Source: Desulfitobacteriia bacterium (GTDB lineage Bacteria > Bacillota > Desulfitobacteriia > Desulfitobacteriales > Syntrophobotulaceae). Taken from it: DNA of 64,000 nucleotides. Shown piece by piece: positions 37,021-45,800 of this stretch (position 1 is its first letter; each line of letters starts with the position of its first letter). The translations under genes and the position numbers were made by a program. The stretch lies in assembly GCA_050943335.1 (NCBI GenBank), contig JBMNOZ010000004.1:30399-94398 (forward strand), written 5' to 3'. A model generated the notes under the pieces. The model was not told where the DNA came from. It did no database searches and was given only the letters and a program-made list of their open reading frames with translations.

Positions 37021-37851
37021 GTGAAAAAAATGCATGGTACAGAGATTGTTATCGAGAATAGACAATTGGGTTTTCAGGATCAAGGATTATTGGAAATGAT
37101 TATAAGAGGAAAGATCGCTCAGACAGCCCTTCCCGGGCAGTTTGTATTCCTAAAAGCGGGTCCCACTCAAGATCCTCTTCTCCGTCGACCTTTGAGCATC
37201 GCTCGTATTGATAGAAAATTAGGCGAGATTGCTCTTCGTTATAGAGTCAGCGGTCAGGGGACAAAGCTTTTAAGCCAGCTTAAAGAGGGAGAAGAAGTGG
37301 ATATTCTCGGCCCTTTAGGAAACGGATTTTCAATCCCCGAAAAGGGAAAACTGCTTTTACTGGCCGGTGGAATAGGAATTTTCCCGCTTCTCTCCATCAT
37401 CGAAGAGGTTCAAGCCCATAAAGCTTATAAAGATTTGGAATTGAAAATTTTTTGGGGCGGAGAGGATAAAAGATTTTTAGAAAGCGCCGGACTCAAGGAA
37501 TTAAGGGCTAAGAATTTGGACTGTAAAGTTTCAACCCTGGACGGAAGTCTCGGCCGTCAAGGGTTGCTTACCGATCTTTTAAATGATTTCCTGACCGGAT
37601 CAGATAATGGGGCTTTAGGAGAGGTGGAAGCTGTTGCCTGTGGCCCTAAGGGGATGTTAAAAGCGGTAACAGAGATCTGTTTGGCGAAAAAAATCCCTCT
37701 TCAGGTCTCTTTAGAGGAGAGAATGGCCTGTGGAATCGGGGCTTGCTTGGGCTGTGTATGTACTGTTCAAGAGGGTTCGGATTTAGCCAGGAAAAGAGTT
37801 TGTAAAGAAGGACCGGTTTTTGAGGCCAGGGAGGTAGTATGGGATGTCTGA
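37021..37851 (+). CDS. pyrK: Dihydroorotate dehydrogenase B electron-transfer subunit PyrK
   Basis: FAD/NAD-binding [15 protein letters not shown]; C-terminal [2Fe-2S] cysteines [11 protein letters not shown]...C. Confidence 0.93.
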   Translation: MKKMHGTEIVIENRQLGFQDQGLLEMIIRGKIAQTALPGQFVFLKAGPTQDPLLRRPLSIARIDRKLGEIALRYRVSGQGTKLLSQLKEGEEVDILGPLGNGFSIPEKGKLLLLAGGIGIFPLLSIIEEVQAHKAYKDLELKIFWGGEDKRFLESAGLKELRAKNLDCKVSTLDGSLGRQGLLTDLLNDFLTGSDNGALGEVEAVACGPKGMLKAVTEICLAKKIPLQVSLEERMACGIGACLGCVCTVQEGSDLARKRVCKEGPVFEAREVVWDV

Positions 37852-38761
37852 AATTGATCTAAGGACCGATTTAGCGGGTTTAAGCTTAAAAAACCCCGTT
37901 CTCACCTGTTCTGGCACCTATGGTTTCGGAGAGGAGTACGCATCTTTTTACAGCCCCTCTTTATTAGGAGGGATAACAGTCAAGGGGATCACTCCTGAAC
38001 CCCGTCTCGGAAACCCTGGGCCCAGGATTGCCGAGACCCCTGCCGGGATGTTAAATTCCGTCGGTTTAGAAAACCCCGGTTTAAAGGAATTTATCACTTC
38101 GTATTTACCTAAACTGGAAAAGCTTAAGACTGTAGTGATTGTTAATATTTCTGGTTTTTCCCTGGAGGATTATGCTCTCATGGCTTCCTCACTACCGGAG
38201 GATTCTTGTGTAGGAGCTATCGAAGTCAATATTTCCTGTCCCAATGTTAAAAAAGGAGGCCTAGCTTTTGGTACTAACCCGAAAAGTGCGGAAGAAGTAA
38301 TAGCTGTTGTCAGAGAGAATACTTCCCTACCTTTGATCGCCAAACTTTCTCCTAATGTTACCGATATTGGGGAAATGGCTAAGGCTGTGGAAAGGGGCGG
38401 GGCGGATATTATTTCTTTGATCAACACCCTTTTAGGGATGAAAATAGATATTCAAAATCAAAAACCTTTGCTGGGTAATATCATGGGTGGGCTTTCCGGA
38501 CCAGCGGTTCGCCCTATTGCCCTCCGAATGGTCTATGAAGTATATAAAACAGTTCAATTACCTATTATCGGTATGGGGGGAATTAGCACCTGGGAGGATG
38601 CTGTAGAATTTATGCTTGCCGGCGCTTCGGCGATCAGTGTGGGTACGGCAAACTTTATCAATCCCTTAGCTCCTTTAGAGATTATTGCCGGACTTGAAAA
38701 ATACTGTAAACAAAAAGGATTTTCTTCAGTAAAAGAAATTATCGGTCTGGCGCACCGGTAG
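37844..38761 (+). CDS. pyrD: Dihydroorotate dehydrogenase B catalytic subunit (class 1B)
   Basis: [34 protein letters not shown]. Overlaps pyrK by 8 nt. Confidence 0.95.
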   Translation: MSEIDLRTDLAGLSLKNPVLTCSGTYGFGEEYASFYSPSLLGGITVKGITPEPRLGNPGPRIAETPAGMLNSVGLENPGLKEFITSYLPKLEKLKTVVIVNISGFSLEDYALMASSLPEDSCVGAIEVNISCPNVKKGGLAFGTNPKSAEEVIAVVRENTSLPLIAKLSPNVTDIGEMAKAVERGGADIISLINTLLGMKIDIQNQKPLLGNIMGGLSGPAVRPIALRMVYEVYKTVQLPIIGMGGISTWEDAVEFMLAGASAISVGTANFINPLAPLEIIAGLEKYCKQKGFSSVKEIIGLAHR

Positions 38762-38817
38762 GGCGGTTTCCATGACCTTGGGTAATTAAATTCAAACATT
38801 ACAAGGAGGGATTATTG

Positions 38818-39510
38818 ATGCCCATTCCGAACCAACTGAATCAAAAAGTAATCGTGGCCTTGGATGTCAATTCTCGAGAAAAGGCTCTGGATATAGCCAA
38901 AGAACTTGCTGGCAGTGGCTGTTGGCTAAAAGTAGGCTTAGAATTATATGCTCTTTCGGGTTTGAGCTTAATTGAAGAATTTAAAAAATTAGGTTTTTCT
39001 ATATTTCTGGATTTAAAACTTCACGATATTCCCACCACTGTGGAAAAGACCTTAAAGGTGTTGACTTCCTCTGGCGTGGATATGATCAATGTACATTGTA
39101 GTGGCGGCTATGAGATGATGGCCAGGGGAGCGGAGGTCTGCCAGAGAGCGAATAAGAAACTTATCGGTGTTACTGTTTTAACCAGTATGGGAGATGAGGA
39201 ATTGCCCACTATTGGTATTAAAAGTGGGGCAAAACAGCAGGTCTTAACCCTGGCTAAACTGGCCCAAAAAGCCGGTTTGGACGGAGTTGTAGCTTCGGCT
39301 CAAGAGGCGAGACTTCTGCGGGAAAAAATAGGGCCGGAATTTTTATTAGTAACCCCTGGAATTCGTCCCCAAAACAGTGATTTAAATGATCAGGTCCGGG
39401 TGCTTACCCCTACCCAAGCTCTGGAAGCGGGAAGTTCCTATCTTGTTATCGGCAGACCTATCACCCAGGCGGATAAGCCGCGAGAGGCTTTAGAAAATCT
39501 TTGGGTCTAG
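38818..39510 (+). CDS. pyrF: Orotidine-5'-phosphate decarboxylase
   Basis: VALDV, DLKLHDIPTTV, VIGRPIT. ATG 38818 sits 7 nt after AAGGAGGG. Confidence 0.95.
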   Translation: MPIPNQLNQKVIVALDVNSREKALDIAKELAGSGCWLKVGLELYALSGLSLIEEFKKLGFSIFLDLKLHDIPTTVEKTLKVLTSSGVDMINVHCSGGYEMMARGAEVCQRANKKLIGVTVLTSMGDEELPTIGIKSGAKQQVLTLAKLAQKAGLDGVVASAQEARLLREKIGPEFLLVTPGIRPQNSDLNDQVRVLTPTQALEAGSSYLVIGRPITQADKPREALENLWV

Positions 39511-39531
39511 TTTAAAATTGGAGGTGAGAGA

Positions 39532-40134
39532 ATGGTCGATAGTTGCCGTGAAAAACAACTGAGTGAAACCGAAATTTTACAGATGTTTATAGATTCAGGG
39601 GCGCTTTTAAAAGGGCATTTTTTATTAACCTCGGGGAAACACAGCGGGGAGTATATGCAGTGTGCCCAAGTTTTACAATATCCGGATAAAGCGGCTCTTC
39701 TAGCTTCTGAATTGGCTAAAAAATTTAAAGGGTTGGCAGTGGAAACCGTTGTCGGTCCGGCTATGGGCGGGATTATTGTTGCCCATGAAATGGGAAAAGC
39801 TTTAGGAGTCAGGGCTATTTTTACCGAGAGAAAGAACGGGGAGATGACTTTACGCCGAGGATTTAAATTGAGAAAGGAGGAAAAAGTTCTAGTAGTGGAA
39901 GATGTTATTTCTACCGGAGGCTCGGTACGGGAAGTTTTGGAAATTGTTCGGGCTTTGGGGGCAGAACCGGTTGGCGTAGGGGTTCTTGTGGATCGCAGCG
40001 GGGGAAAAGTAAGCTTTGGTGATCTTCCTTTACATAGTCTGGTAAAAACCAATATCGAGGCCTATGATCCGGAAAGTTGCCCTCTCTGTAAAGAGGGATT
40101 AAAAGCTGAAAAACCGGGAAGTAGGGAAAACTAA
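39532..40134 (+). CDS. pyrE: Orotate phosphoribosyltransferase
   Basis: GHFLLTSGKHS and the PRPP motif VLVVEDVISTGGS. Confidence 0.95.
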   Translation: MVDSCREKQLSETEILQMFIDSGALLKGHFLLTSGKHSGEYMQCAQVLQYPDKAALLASELAKKFKGLAVETVVGPAMGGIIVAHEMGKALGVRAIFTERKNGEMTLRRGFKLRKEEKVLVVEDVISTGGSVREVLEIVRALGAEPVGVGVLVDRSGGKVSFGDLPLHSLVKTNIEAYDPESCPLCKEGLKAEKPGSREN

Positions 40135-40136
40135 TC

Positions 40137-40180
40137 AAAAAAACCCCCTTGCCAAAAGCGGCAACAGGGGGTTAATTTTT
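40137..40180. terminator. Bidirectional terminator between pyrE (+) and pta (-)
   Basis: A7-CCCCC..TGCC-aaaagc-GGCA..GGGGG-TTAATTTTT. Confidence 0.8.
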
Positions 40181-40186
40181 AAAGTT

Positions 40187-41161
40187 TTATTTTAAGGCCG
40201 TTGTGACGATAGCCATTTTATAAACTTCTTCGGTATTACAGCCCCTGGAAAGGTCGTTGATAGGAGCATTGAGACCTTGTAAAATCGGGCCTACAGCCTC
40301 AAAACCGCCTAAGCGCTGAGCAATCTTATAACCGATATTGGCGGAATTGATATCCGGAAAAATAAAGGTATTGGCTTGTCCGGCAACTGGGGACTTGGAA
40401 GCTTTGGTTTTCGCAACGGTGGGTGAGATTGCGGCATCGAACTGCAGTTCTCCGTCTACCAGGAAATCTAAATCCATAGCCATTAATTGTTCAGCGGCAC
40501 TTCTCACTTTATCGACCGCTTCTCCAGCACCTGAACCCAGGGTGCTATAGGAGAGGAGAGCGACTTTGGGTTCGATGGAGAAAACTTTAGCAGTTCTGGC
40601 TGTTTCCAAGGTAATCTCCACCAGGTCCTCTACACTGGGGTCAATATTAATGGCACAGTCTCCCATTACATAAAGCTCTAACCCTCCTTCTTTAGCAGGG
40701 CGAACCATAATAAAGGAACTGGAAACTATTTTTTTACCGGGTTTAGTCTTAATTAACTGCAGGGCCGGACGAACGGTATCTGCTGTGGAGTATGTAGCTC
40801 CGCCCAACAACGCATCGGCATAACCCATTTGAACGAGCATAGTTCCAAAATAATTCGTTCTTTTGAGAGCTTCGCGGCAGGCATCCTCATCCATTTTTCC
40901 CTTTCTCAACTCAGCCATTTTTTTAACCATGGCTTCCATATCCGGATAGTCAAGGGGATCTATTATTTCAATACCTTCAATATTGCAATTATGTTCTTTA
41001 GCTGCCGCTTCAATTTCTTCTTTATTTCCTAACAGAATAGGAGCTAAAATTTCCTCTTTATGAAGCCGTTCAGCAGCTTTCAAGATCCGGTGATCAGTCC
41101 CTTCGGGGAAAACCAATTTCCTCTTGTCCGCTTTAAGAGTGGCGATCATATTTGTGAACAT
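40187..41161 (-). CDS. pta: Phosphate acetyltransferase (short form)
   Basis: 324 aa. VFPEGTDHRILKAA, MLVQMGYADALLGG, ANIGYKIAQRLGG. Confidence 0.93.
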   Translation of the reverse strand: MFTNMIATLKADKRKLVFPEGTDHRILKAAERLHKEEILAPILLGNKEEIEAAAKEHNCNIEGIEIIDPLDYPDMEAMVKKMAELRKGKMDEDACREALKRTNYFGTMLVQMGYADALLGGATYSTADTVRPALQLIKTKPGKKIVSSSFIMVRPAKEGGLELYVMGDCAINIDPSVEDLVEITLETARTAKVFSIEPKVALLSYSTLGSGAGEAVDKVRSAAEQLMAMDLDFLVDGELQFDAAISPTVAKTKASKSPVAGQANTFIFPDINSANIGYKIAQRLGGFEAVGPILQGLNAPINDLSRGCNTEEVYKMAIVTTALK

Positions 41162-41202
41162 ATACCAAAAACCTCCGTTCTAATTATAAAACTCACATTA
41201 AA

Positions 41203-41232
41203 ATTATAAGCTAAAAAGCGATAATTAATCAA
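41203..41232 (-). promoter_or_regulatory. Sigma-A type promoter of pta
   Basis: On the minus strand: TTGATT (41232-41227), 18 nt spacer, TATAAT (41208-41203). GGAGGT SD lies before the start. Confidence 0.5.
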
Positions 41233-41286
41233 TTAAATATCTTTTTCATTTTTTTGCGCAAAAAATGGCCAAAAAAAAATAAGTCA

Positions 41287-41358
41287 GATGATTATTTAAC
41301 TAAACCATTTTCTATGCTAGAATTGGAAGCAAGGATTAGAAGGATTCTAAATAACTGA
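41287..41358 (+). pseudogene. Remnant of a response-regulator receiver domain (last ~24 aa only)
   Basis: Hand translation: DDYLTKPFSMLELEARIRRILNN-stop, matching the conserved DDY(I/L)TKPF..EL.ARI...LRR end of receiver domains. No room exists for the rest of the domain before pta, and no start or SD is present. Confidence 0.5.
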
Positions 41359-41438
41359 TCGGGGGAGTATTTTGAAAGAATTAAACTTGTCGCTTTTTTC
41401 GAGAAAAAGCCCAATGATTGGGGAGGGCGTGAACAGGG

Positions 41439-42188
41439 ATGCATGTCCATGAATTTGGAGATAAGGAATCTAAAACCATTGTTTTCCTTCACAGTGGGGG
41501 AGTGAGTAGTTGGATGTGGGAAAAACAAGTGGCAGCCTTTAGAGACTTTCACTGTTTGGTTCCCGATCTACCCGGCCATGGGAAAAGCAAGAATATGGGA
41601 TCTTTTTCAATTCGCGATTCCGCTGTGAAAATCGCCGCTATGATAAAGGAGAAAACCTTGGACGGTAAAGCCTATGTGGTTGGACATTCCTTAGGAGCCC
41701 AAATTTCAGTGGAATTATTAGCCCTATCTCCGGAAATAATTGAAAAGGCAGTTGTAGGCAGTGCTTTGGTTAAAGGGAAAGGGATGCCCGGGTGGGTAAA
41801 GTTTTTGTTTCGCGGAACAATGCCTTTGGCTAAGAAGAAATGGTTTGCAAAGTTACAGGCTAAGGCTTTGAAAATACCTCCGGAATACTTTTCAAAGTAC
41901 TATGAAGATTCTAAAACCTTCCGGGGGGAAACTCTATTGGAAATCCTTGAGGAAAATGCAAGGTATACTCTGCCCAGGGGTTTAAGCAAATGTTATGTCC
42001 CTACTCTTGTTTTAAGTGGGGAAAAGGAAAGTAAAGAGATGCTTAAATCTGTCTGGGATATAAGCGCAATAATGCCTAAAGCCGAAGGATATTTAATAGC
42101 TGATTTAGGACATTCTTACTGTTTTGAATCCCCGGAGCTATTTAACAGAATACTAAAGGCTTGGTTTAATGAGGGGGAACTTCTCTAG
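41439..42188 (+). CDS. Alpha/beta-fold hydrolase
   Basis: IVFLHSGGVSSWMW oxyanion region, the nucleophile elbow VVGHSLGAQ, and a C-terminal GHSYCFE His region. Confidence 0.8.
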   Translation: MHVHEFGDKESKTIVFLHSGGVSSWMWEKQVAAFRDFHCLVPDLPGHGKSKNMGSFSIRDSAVKIAAMIKEKTLDGKAYVVGHSLGAQISVELLALSPEIIEKAVVGSALVKGKGMPGWVKFLFRGTMPLAKKKWFAKLQAKALKIPPEYFSKYYEDSKTFRGETLLEILEENARYTLPRGLSKCYVPTLVLSGEKESKEMLKSVWDISAIMPKAEGYLIADLGHSYCFESPELFNRILKAWFNEGELL

Positions 42189-42240
42189 AGCAATTAAAAA
42201 CTATTAGACCTTGTAGCTAATTTCACCTTTTTAAACTATA

Positions 42241-42277
42241 AACTATAAGCACCTTACCCGGGGGCTTATAGTTTTTT
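42241..42277 (+). terminator. Rho-independent terminator after the hydrolase gene
   Basis: AACTATAAGC (42241-42250) pairs with GCTTATAGTT (42264-42273), followed by TTTT. Confidence 0.7.
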
Positions 42278-42358
42278 GTTTTAAGGGACATTTAATATCC
42301 TCGTTCAGATTGGGAAAATCTATTAGAGACAAAACTATTTCAAAAAAGGAGCGAGAAA

Positions 42359-42946
42359 ATGTCTGAAAAAGAAAAAATGCTAAAAGGTTTACCTTATCGG
42401 GCTTTTGATGAGGAATTACAGAAAGAGCGCCAGCGGACCAAGGAAAAGATATTTGAATTTAACACTTTACCTCCTAAAAAGGAAGAGAAACGAGTACAAA
42501 TTATAAAGGATTTGTTTGGCGGAACCGGTGTTAGTTTTGTAATTGAACCTCCTTTTCACTGTGATTATGGTTATAATATTTATATCGGTGAAAACTTTTA
42601 CGCTAATTATAATTGCACAATTTTAGACTGTGCCAAAGTAATAATCGGTGATAATGTTCTCTTTGGACCTAATGTGAGCCTTTTTACGGCTGCCCACCCT
42701 CTTTATTTTCAAGAGCGGCTTGAGGGATGGGAATATGCTTACCCGATTGTAATAGGGGATAACGTTTGGCTTGGTGGCGGAGTTATTGTTAACCCGGGTC
42801 TTAAGATCGGTAATAATGCGGTTATCGGTTCCGGCAGTGTATTGACCAAGGATATCCCAGCCGATACTTTAGCAGCAGGAAACCCTTGCCGGGTAATCCG
42901 GGAACTTACAAATGAAGAGAAGAATTTTTTAAAGAACCAAATTTAG
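42359..42946 (+). CDS. Maltose/galactoside O-acetyltransferase family (hexapeptide-repeat, Maa/LacA-like)
   Basis: N-terminal MLKGLPYRAFDEEL, hexapeptide repeats IGDNVLFGPNV / IGDNVWLGGGVIV / IGNNAVIGSGSV, and AAGNPCRVIREL. Confidence 0.88.
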   Translation: MSEKEKMLKGLPYRAFDEELQKERQRTKEKIFEFNTLPPKKEEKRVQIIKDLFGGTGVSFVIEPPFHCDYGYNIYIGENFYANYNCTILDCAKVIIGDNVLFGPNVSLFTAAHPLYFQERLEGWEYAYPIVIGDNVWLGGGVIVNPGLKIGNNAVIGSGSVLTKDIPADTLAAGNPCRVIRELTNEEKNFLKNQI

Positions 42947-42971
42947 AAATAAGTTAAGAGGGGGAGATAGA

Positions 42972-43442
42972 TTGATAACGAAATTTAGTGATCTCTTTGA
43001 GAACTATGAAAGCTTTTCCAATAAGAAATATATTTTAAATAAGGTTACACCGCGTCTAATCTGGCAAGTATCAGATGTCTTTATTAAAGGAATAAAAAAT
43101 AAAGTCCAGAATTATTCCGGTCAGGGTCGATTGGATGAGGAGCAATGTTTAAAAGAATTATGTAATATTATCTGCACCTACGCTGAAATTGACAAGACGG
43201 GAAATTGGGCTTGGTATTTTCTTATCGAGGACTATAAAGATGCTTTTCAAAGGTTTTTAGTAAAGCCTTTTCCTAAATTTATGGATGTAACCAGTAAAGT
43301 GGCTCTGGAATTTTTAGAGGGTAAAATTACAAAGGATTTAAACGCTGTTTTCTTCGAGAATAATTTCGGTTATCGCCTTCAAAATAATGTTCAAGAGCCG
43401 TGGATATGTATTGACCCTCAAGTGTCCCCTCTTAAGGATTAA
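42972..43442 (+). CDS. Hypothetical protein, 156 aa, no domain recognised
   Basis: TTG start 7 nt after GGGGGAG, only 25 nt after the acetyltransferase. Visibly AT-rich: 32% and 35% G+C on two counted 60-nt lines. Confidence 0.55.
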   Translation: MITKFSDLFENYESFSNKKYILNKVTPRLIWQVSDVFIKGIKNKVQNYSGQGRLDEEQCLKELCNIICTYAEIDKTGNWAWYFLIEDYKDAFQRFLVKPFPKFMDVTSKVALEFLEGKITKDLNAVFFENNFGYRLQNNVQEPWICIDPQVSPLKD

Positions 43443-43519
43443 CTTTATCTTTTAGAGATTAAGAGTTATAATCAGGTATAATTTAGAGAAAGAGATCTTT
43501 ATCACAAGGAGGAATAACA

Positions 43520-44458
43520 ATGGCCATTAAACGTAAAAAAATTTCAGTCATCGGCGGGGGATTTACCGGGGCGACAACAGCCTTCTTATTAGCCCAGAAG
43601 GAGCTGGGGGATATTGTTTTGGTAGATATTCCGCAAATGGAAAACCCGACAAGGGGTAAGGCTTTGGATATGTTAGAAGCGAGTCCGGTCCAGGGTTTTG
43701 ATGCTCGGATTTCCGGGACCGCTGATTATGCGGATACAAAAGATTCCGATATAGTGGTTATTACCGCTGGGGTAGCCCGCAAACCTGGGATGAGCAGGGA
43801 CGATTTGGTCCAAACAAATCATAAAATTATAAAAGCGGTTACCAAGGAAATTGTAAAGTATTCCCCTGATTGTTTTATAATTGTTTTAACCAATCCTGTG
43901 GATGCTATGACTTATACTGTTTTTAGAGAGTCCGGTTTTCCTAAAAATAGGGTAATCGGGCAATCGGGGATTTTAGATACGGCTCGGTTTCGAACTTTTG
44001 TGGCCCAAGAGCTGAATCTTTCGGTCAAGGACATTACCGGCTTTGTTCTAGGAGGCCACGGAGATGATATGGTACCTTTGATCCGTTATTCCTATGCCGG
44101 TGGGATTCCCTTAGAAAAATTGATTCCTAAGGATCGTTTAGAGGCAATTGTGGAACGCACCCGTAAGGGTGGGGGCGAGATTGTTAATCTATTAGGTAAT
44201 GGGAGTGCTTATTACGCCCCCGCAGCCTCCTTGGTAGAAATGGTGGAAGCTATTTTAAAAGATCAACGCCGAATCCTTCCTACCATTGCCTATTTGGAAG
44301 GAGAATATGGGTATCATGACCTTTATTTAGGGGTTCCGACCATTCTAGGGGGAAAGGGAATAGAAGAAATAATTGAATTGGAGTTAACTCCAGAGGAAAA
44401 AGAGAGTCTTCACAAATCTGTGGACTCGGTTCGTAAAGTAATGAGCATTCTAACCTGA
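43520..44458 (+). CDS. mdh: Malate dehydrogenase (LDH-like, Bacillus type)
   Basis: [51 protein letters not shown]. As I recall it, near-colinear with B. subtilis Mdh. Confidence 0.93.
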   Translation: MAIKRKKISVIGGGFTGATTAFLLAQKELGDIVLVDIPQMENPTRGKALDMLEASPVQGFDARISGTADYADTKDSDIVVITAGVARKPGMSRDDLVQTNHKIIKAVTKEIVKYSPDCFIIVLTNPVDAMTYTVFRESGFPKNRVIGQSGILDTARFRTFVAQELNLSVKDITGFVLGGHGDDMVPLIRYSYAGGIPLEKLIPKDRLEAIVERTRKGGGEIVNLLGNGSAYYAPAASLVEMVEAILKDQRRILPTIAYLEGEYGYHDLYLGVPTILGGKGIEEIIELELTPEEKESLHKSVDSVRKVMSILT

Positions 44459-44460
44459 TA

Positions 44461-45711
44461 TTAAGTATTGGACTGGCCTATTGAGGCCAGTTTTTTTGTT
44501 TTTTCTTCGATCTCCCGCGGGTTTACTTGTATACGGGCTACCCCGGATTCCATAGCGGCCTTTGCAACTGCGGCCGCAACTGCCGGAGCTACCCGAGGAT
44601 CAAAGGGAGCAGGGATGACCCGATCGGGGTTTAACTCTTCTTCTGAAATTAGGTCGGCAATGGCGCTTACAGCAGCCATTTTCATACTTTCGTTAATGCA
44701 AGTGGCCCGAACATCCAAAGCCCCGCGGAAAATACCCGGGAAAGCCAAAACATTATTAACCTGATTAGGGTAGTCGGAACGGCCTGTACCGACGACCAAA
44801 GCTCCGGCTGATTTTGCTTCCTGGGGCAGGATTTCCGGATCGGGATTGGCCATGGCAAAGATAATGGGATCGGGCTTCATGAGTTTAACCATTTCTTTTG
44901 TTAAAGCGCCTGCGGCGGAAACTCCTATAAAAACATCTGCCCCTTCGATAACATCTTCTAGTTCTCCTTTGAGTTTTTCAAGATTGGTGATTTTAGCGAT
45001 TTCCTCTTTTACACTATTCATGCCTTCAGGGCGTCCTTCGTAAATGGCTCCCTTAGTGTCGCACATAAGGACATCCTTAACCCCATAACTTTCTAAAAGT
45101 TTAATAATGGCAATTCCCGCTGCCCCGGCTCCATTGACAACTATTCGGATTTCGGACATCTTTTTTTGGGCCAGTTTCAAGGCATTAACTAAACCGGCGG
45201 CAGTAACTATGGCTGTCCCATGTTGGTCATCGTGGAAAATAGGAATCTTAGTTTCCTTTTCCAAACGTTTCTCAATAATAAAGCAATTCGGGGCTGCAAT
45301 ATCCTCTAAATTTACTCCCCCGAAGGTAGGTTCCAAAAGTTTTATGGTTTCTATAATTTCATCTATATCCGTAGTTTTTAAACAGATGGGAAAAGCATCT
45401 ACCCCGGCGAAACTCTTAAATAAAACCGCTTTTCCTTCCATCACCGGTAAAGCAGCTTCCGCTCCGATATTGCCTAAACCGAGAACGGCTGTGCCGTCGG
45501 AAACCACAGCTACCGTATTACCCTTCATGGTATAATCGTAGACTTTCTCCGGTTGGGCATGGATTACTTTGCACGGTTCCGCTACACCGGGAGAATAAGC
45601 CAGGCTCAGATCCTTAGCATTTTGAACCGGAACTTTGGAAACCGTCTCTAACTTTCCTTTGTGAAAATAGTGCATTTGTAGTGATTCTTCTCGTAATGTC
45701 AAAGCTGTCAC
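44461..45711 (-). CDS. NAD(P)-dependent malic enzyme (short, ~410 aa form)
   Basis: LSLAYSPGVA, FHDDQHGTAIV, VVNGAGAAGIA, ANPDPEI. GTG 45711 overlaps the AAGGAG SD, so in-frame TTG 45702 may be the real start. Confidence 0.92.
   Translation of the reverse strand: MTALTLREESLQMHYFHKGKLETVSKVPVQNAKDLSLAYSPGVAEPCKVIHAQPEKVYDYTMKGNTVAVVSDGTAVLGLGNIGAEAALPVMEGKAVLFKSFAGVDAFPICLKTTDIDEIIETIKLLEPTFGGVNLEDIAAPNCFIIEKRLEKETKIPIFHDDQHGTAIVTAAGLVNALKLAQKKMSEIRIVVNGAGAAGIAIIKLLESYGVKDVLMCDTKGAIYEGRPEGMNSVKEEIAKITNLEKLKGELEDVIEGADVFIGVSAAGALTKEMVKLMKPDPIIFAMANPDPEILPQEAKSAGALVVGTGRSDYPNQVNNVLAFPGIFRGALDVRATCINESMKMAAVSAIADLISEEELNPDRVIPAPFDPRVAPAVAAAVAKAAMESGVARIQVNPREIEEKTKKLASIGQSNT
44472..44498 (+). 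terminator. mdh terminator lying inside the 3' end of the convergent malic-enzyme CDS
   Basis: ACTGGCC-tattga-GGCCAGT followed by T7. Confidence 0.7.
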
Positions 45712-45800
45712 TCCTTAAAAACATATAGACTCTAAGATAAACTTTTTTTAATATTCAAGCAAGTAAATAGCGCTGTTAAAACTCTAAAACTTCTTTTAAG

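Noticed and set aside
39507-40052. 181-aa ORF on the minus strand
   Set aside because: It lies entirely antisense to pyrE, which has clear PRPP-binding motifs. The translation is low-complexity (S/T/P/R-rich), and there is no SD. This is a typical shadow ORF.
42227-42250. Short tandem AAACTATAAACTATAAGC
   Set aside because: There are only two ~8-nt copies, and the second forms the 5' arm of the hydrolase terminator. This is not a repeat array.
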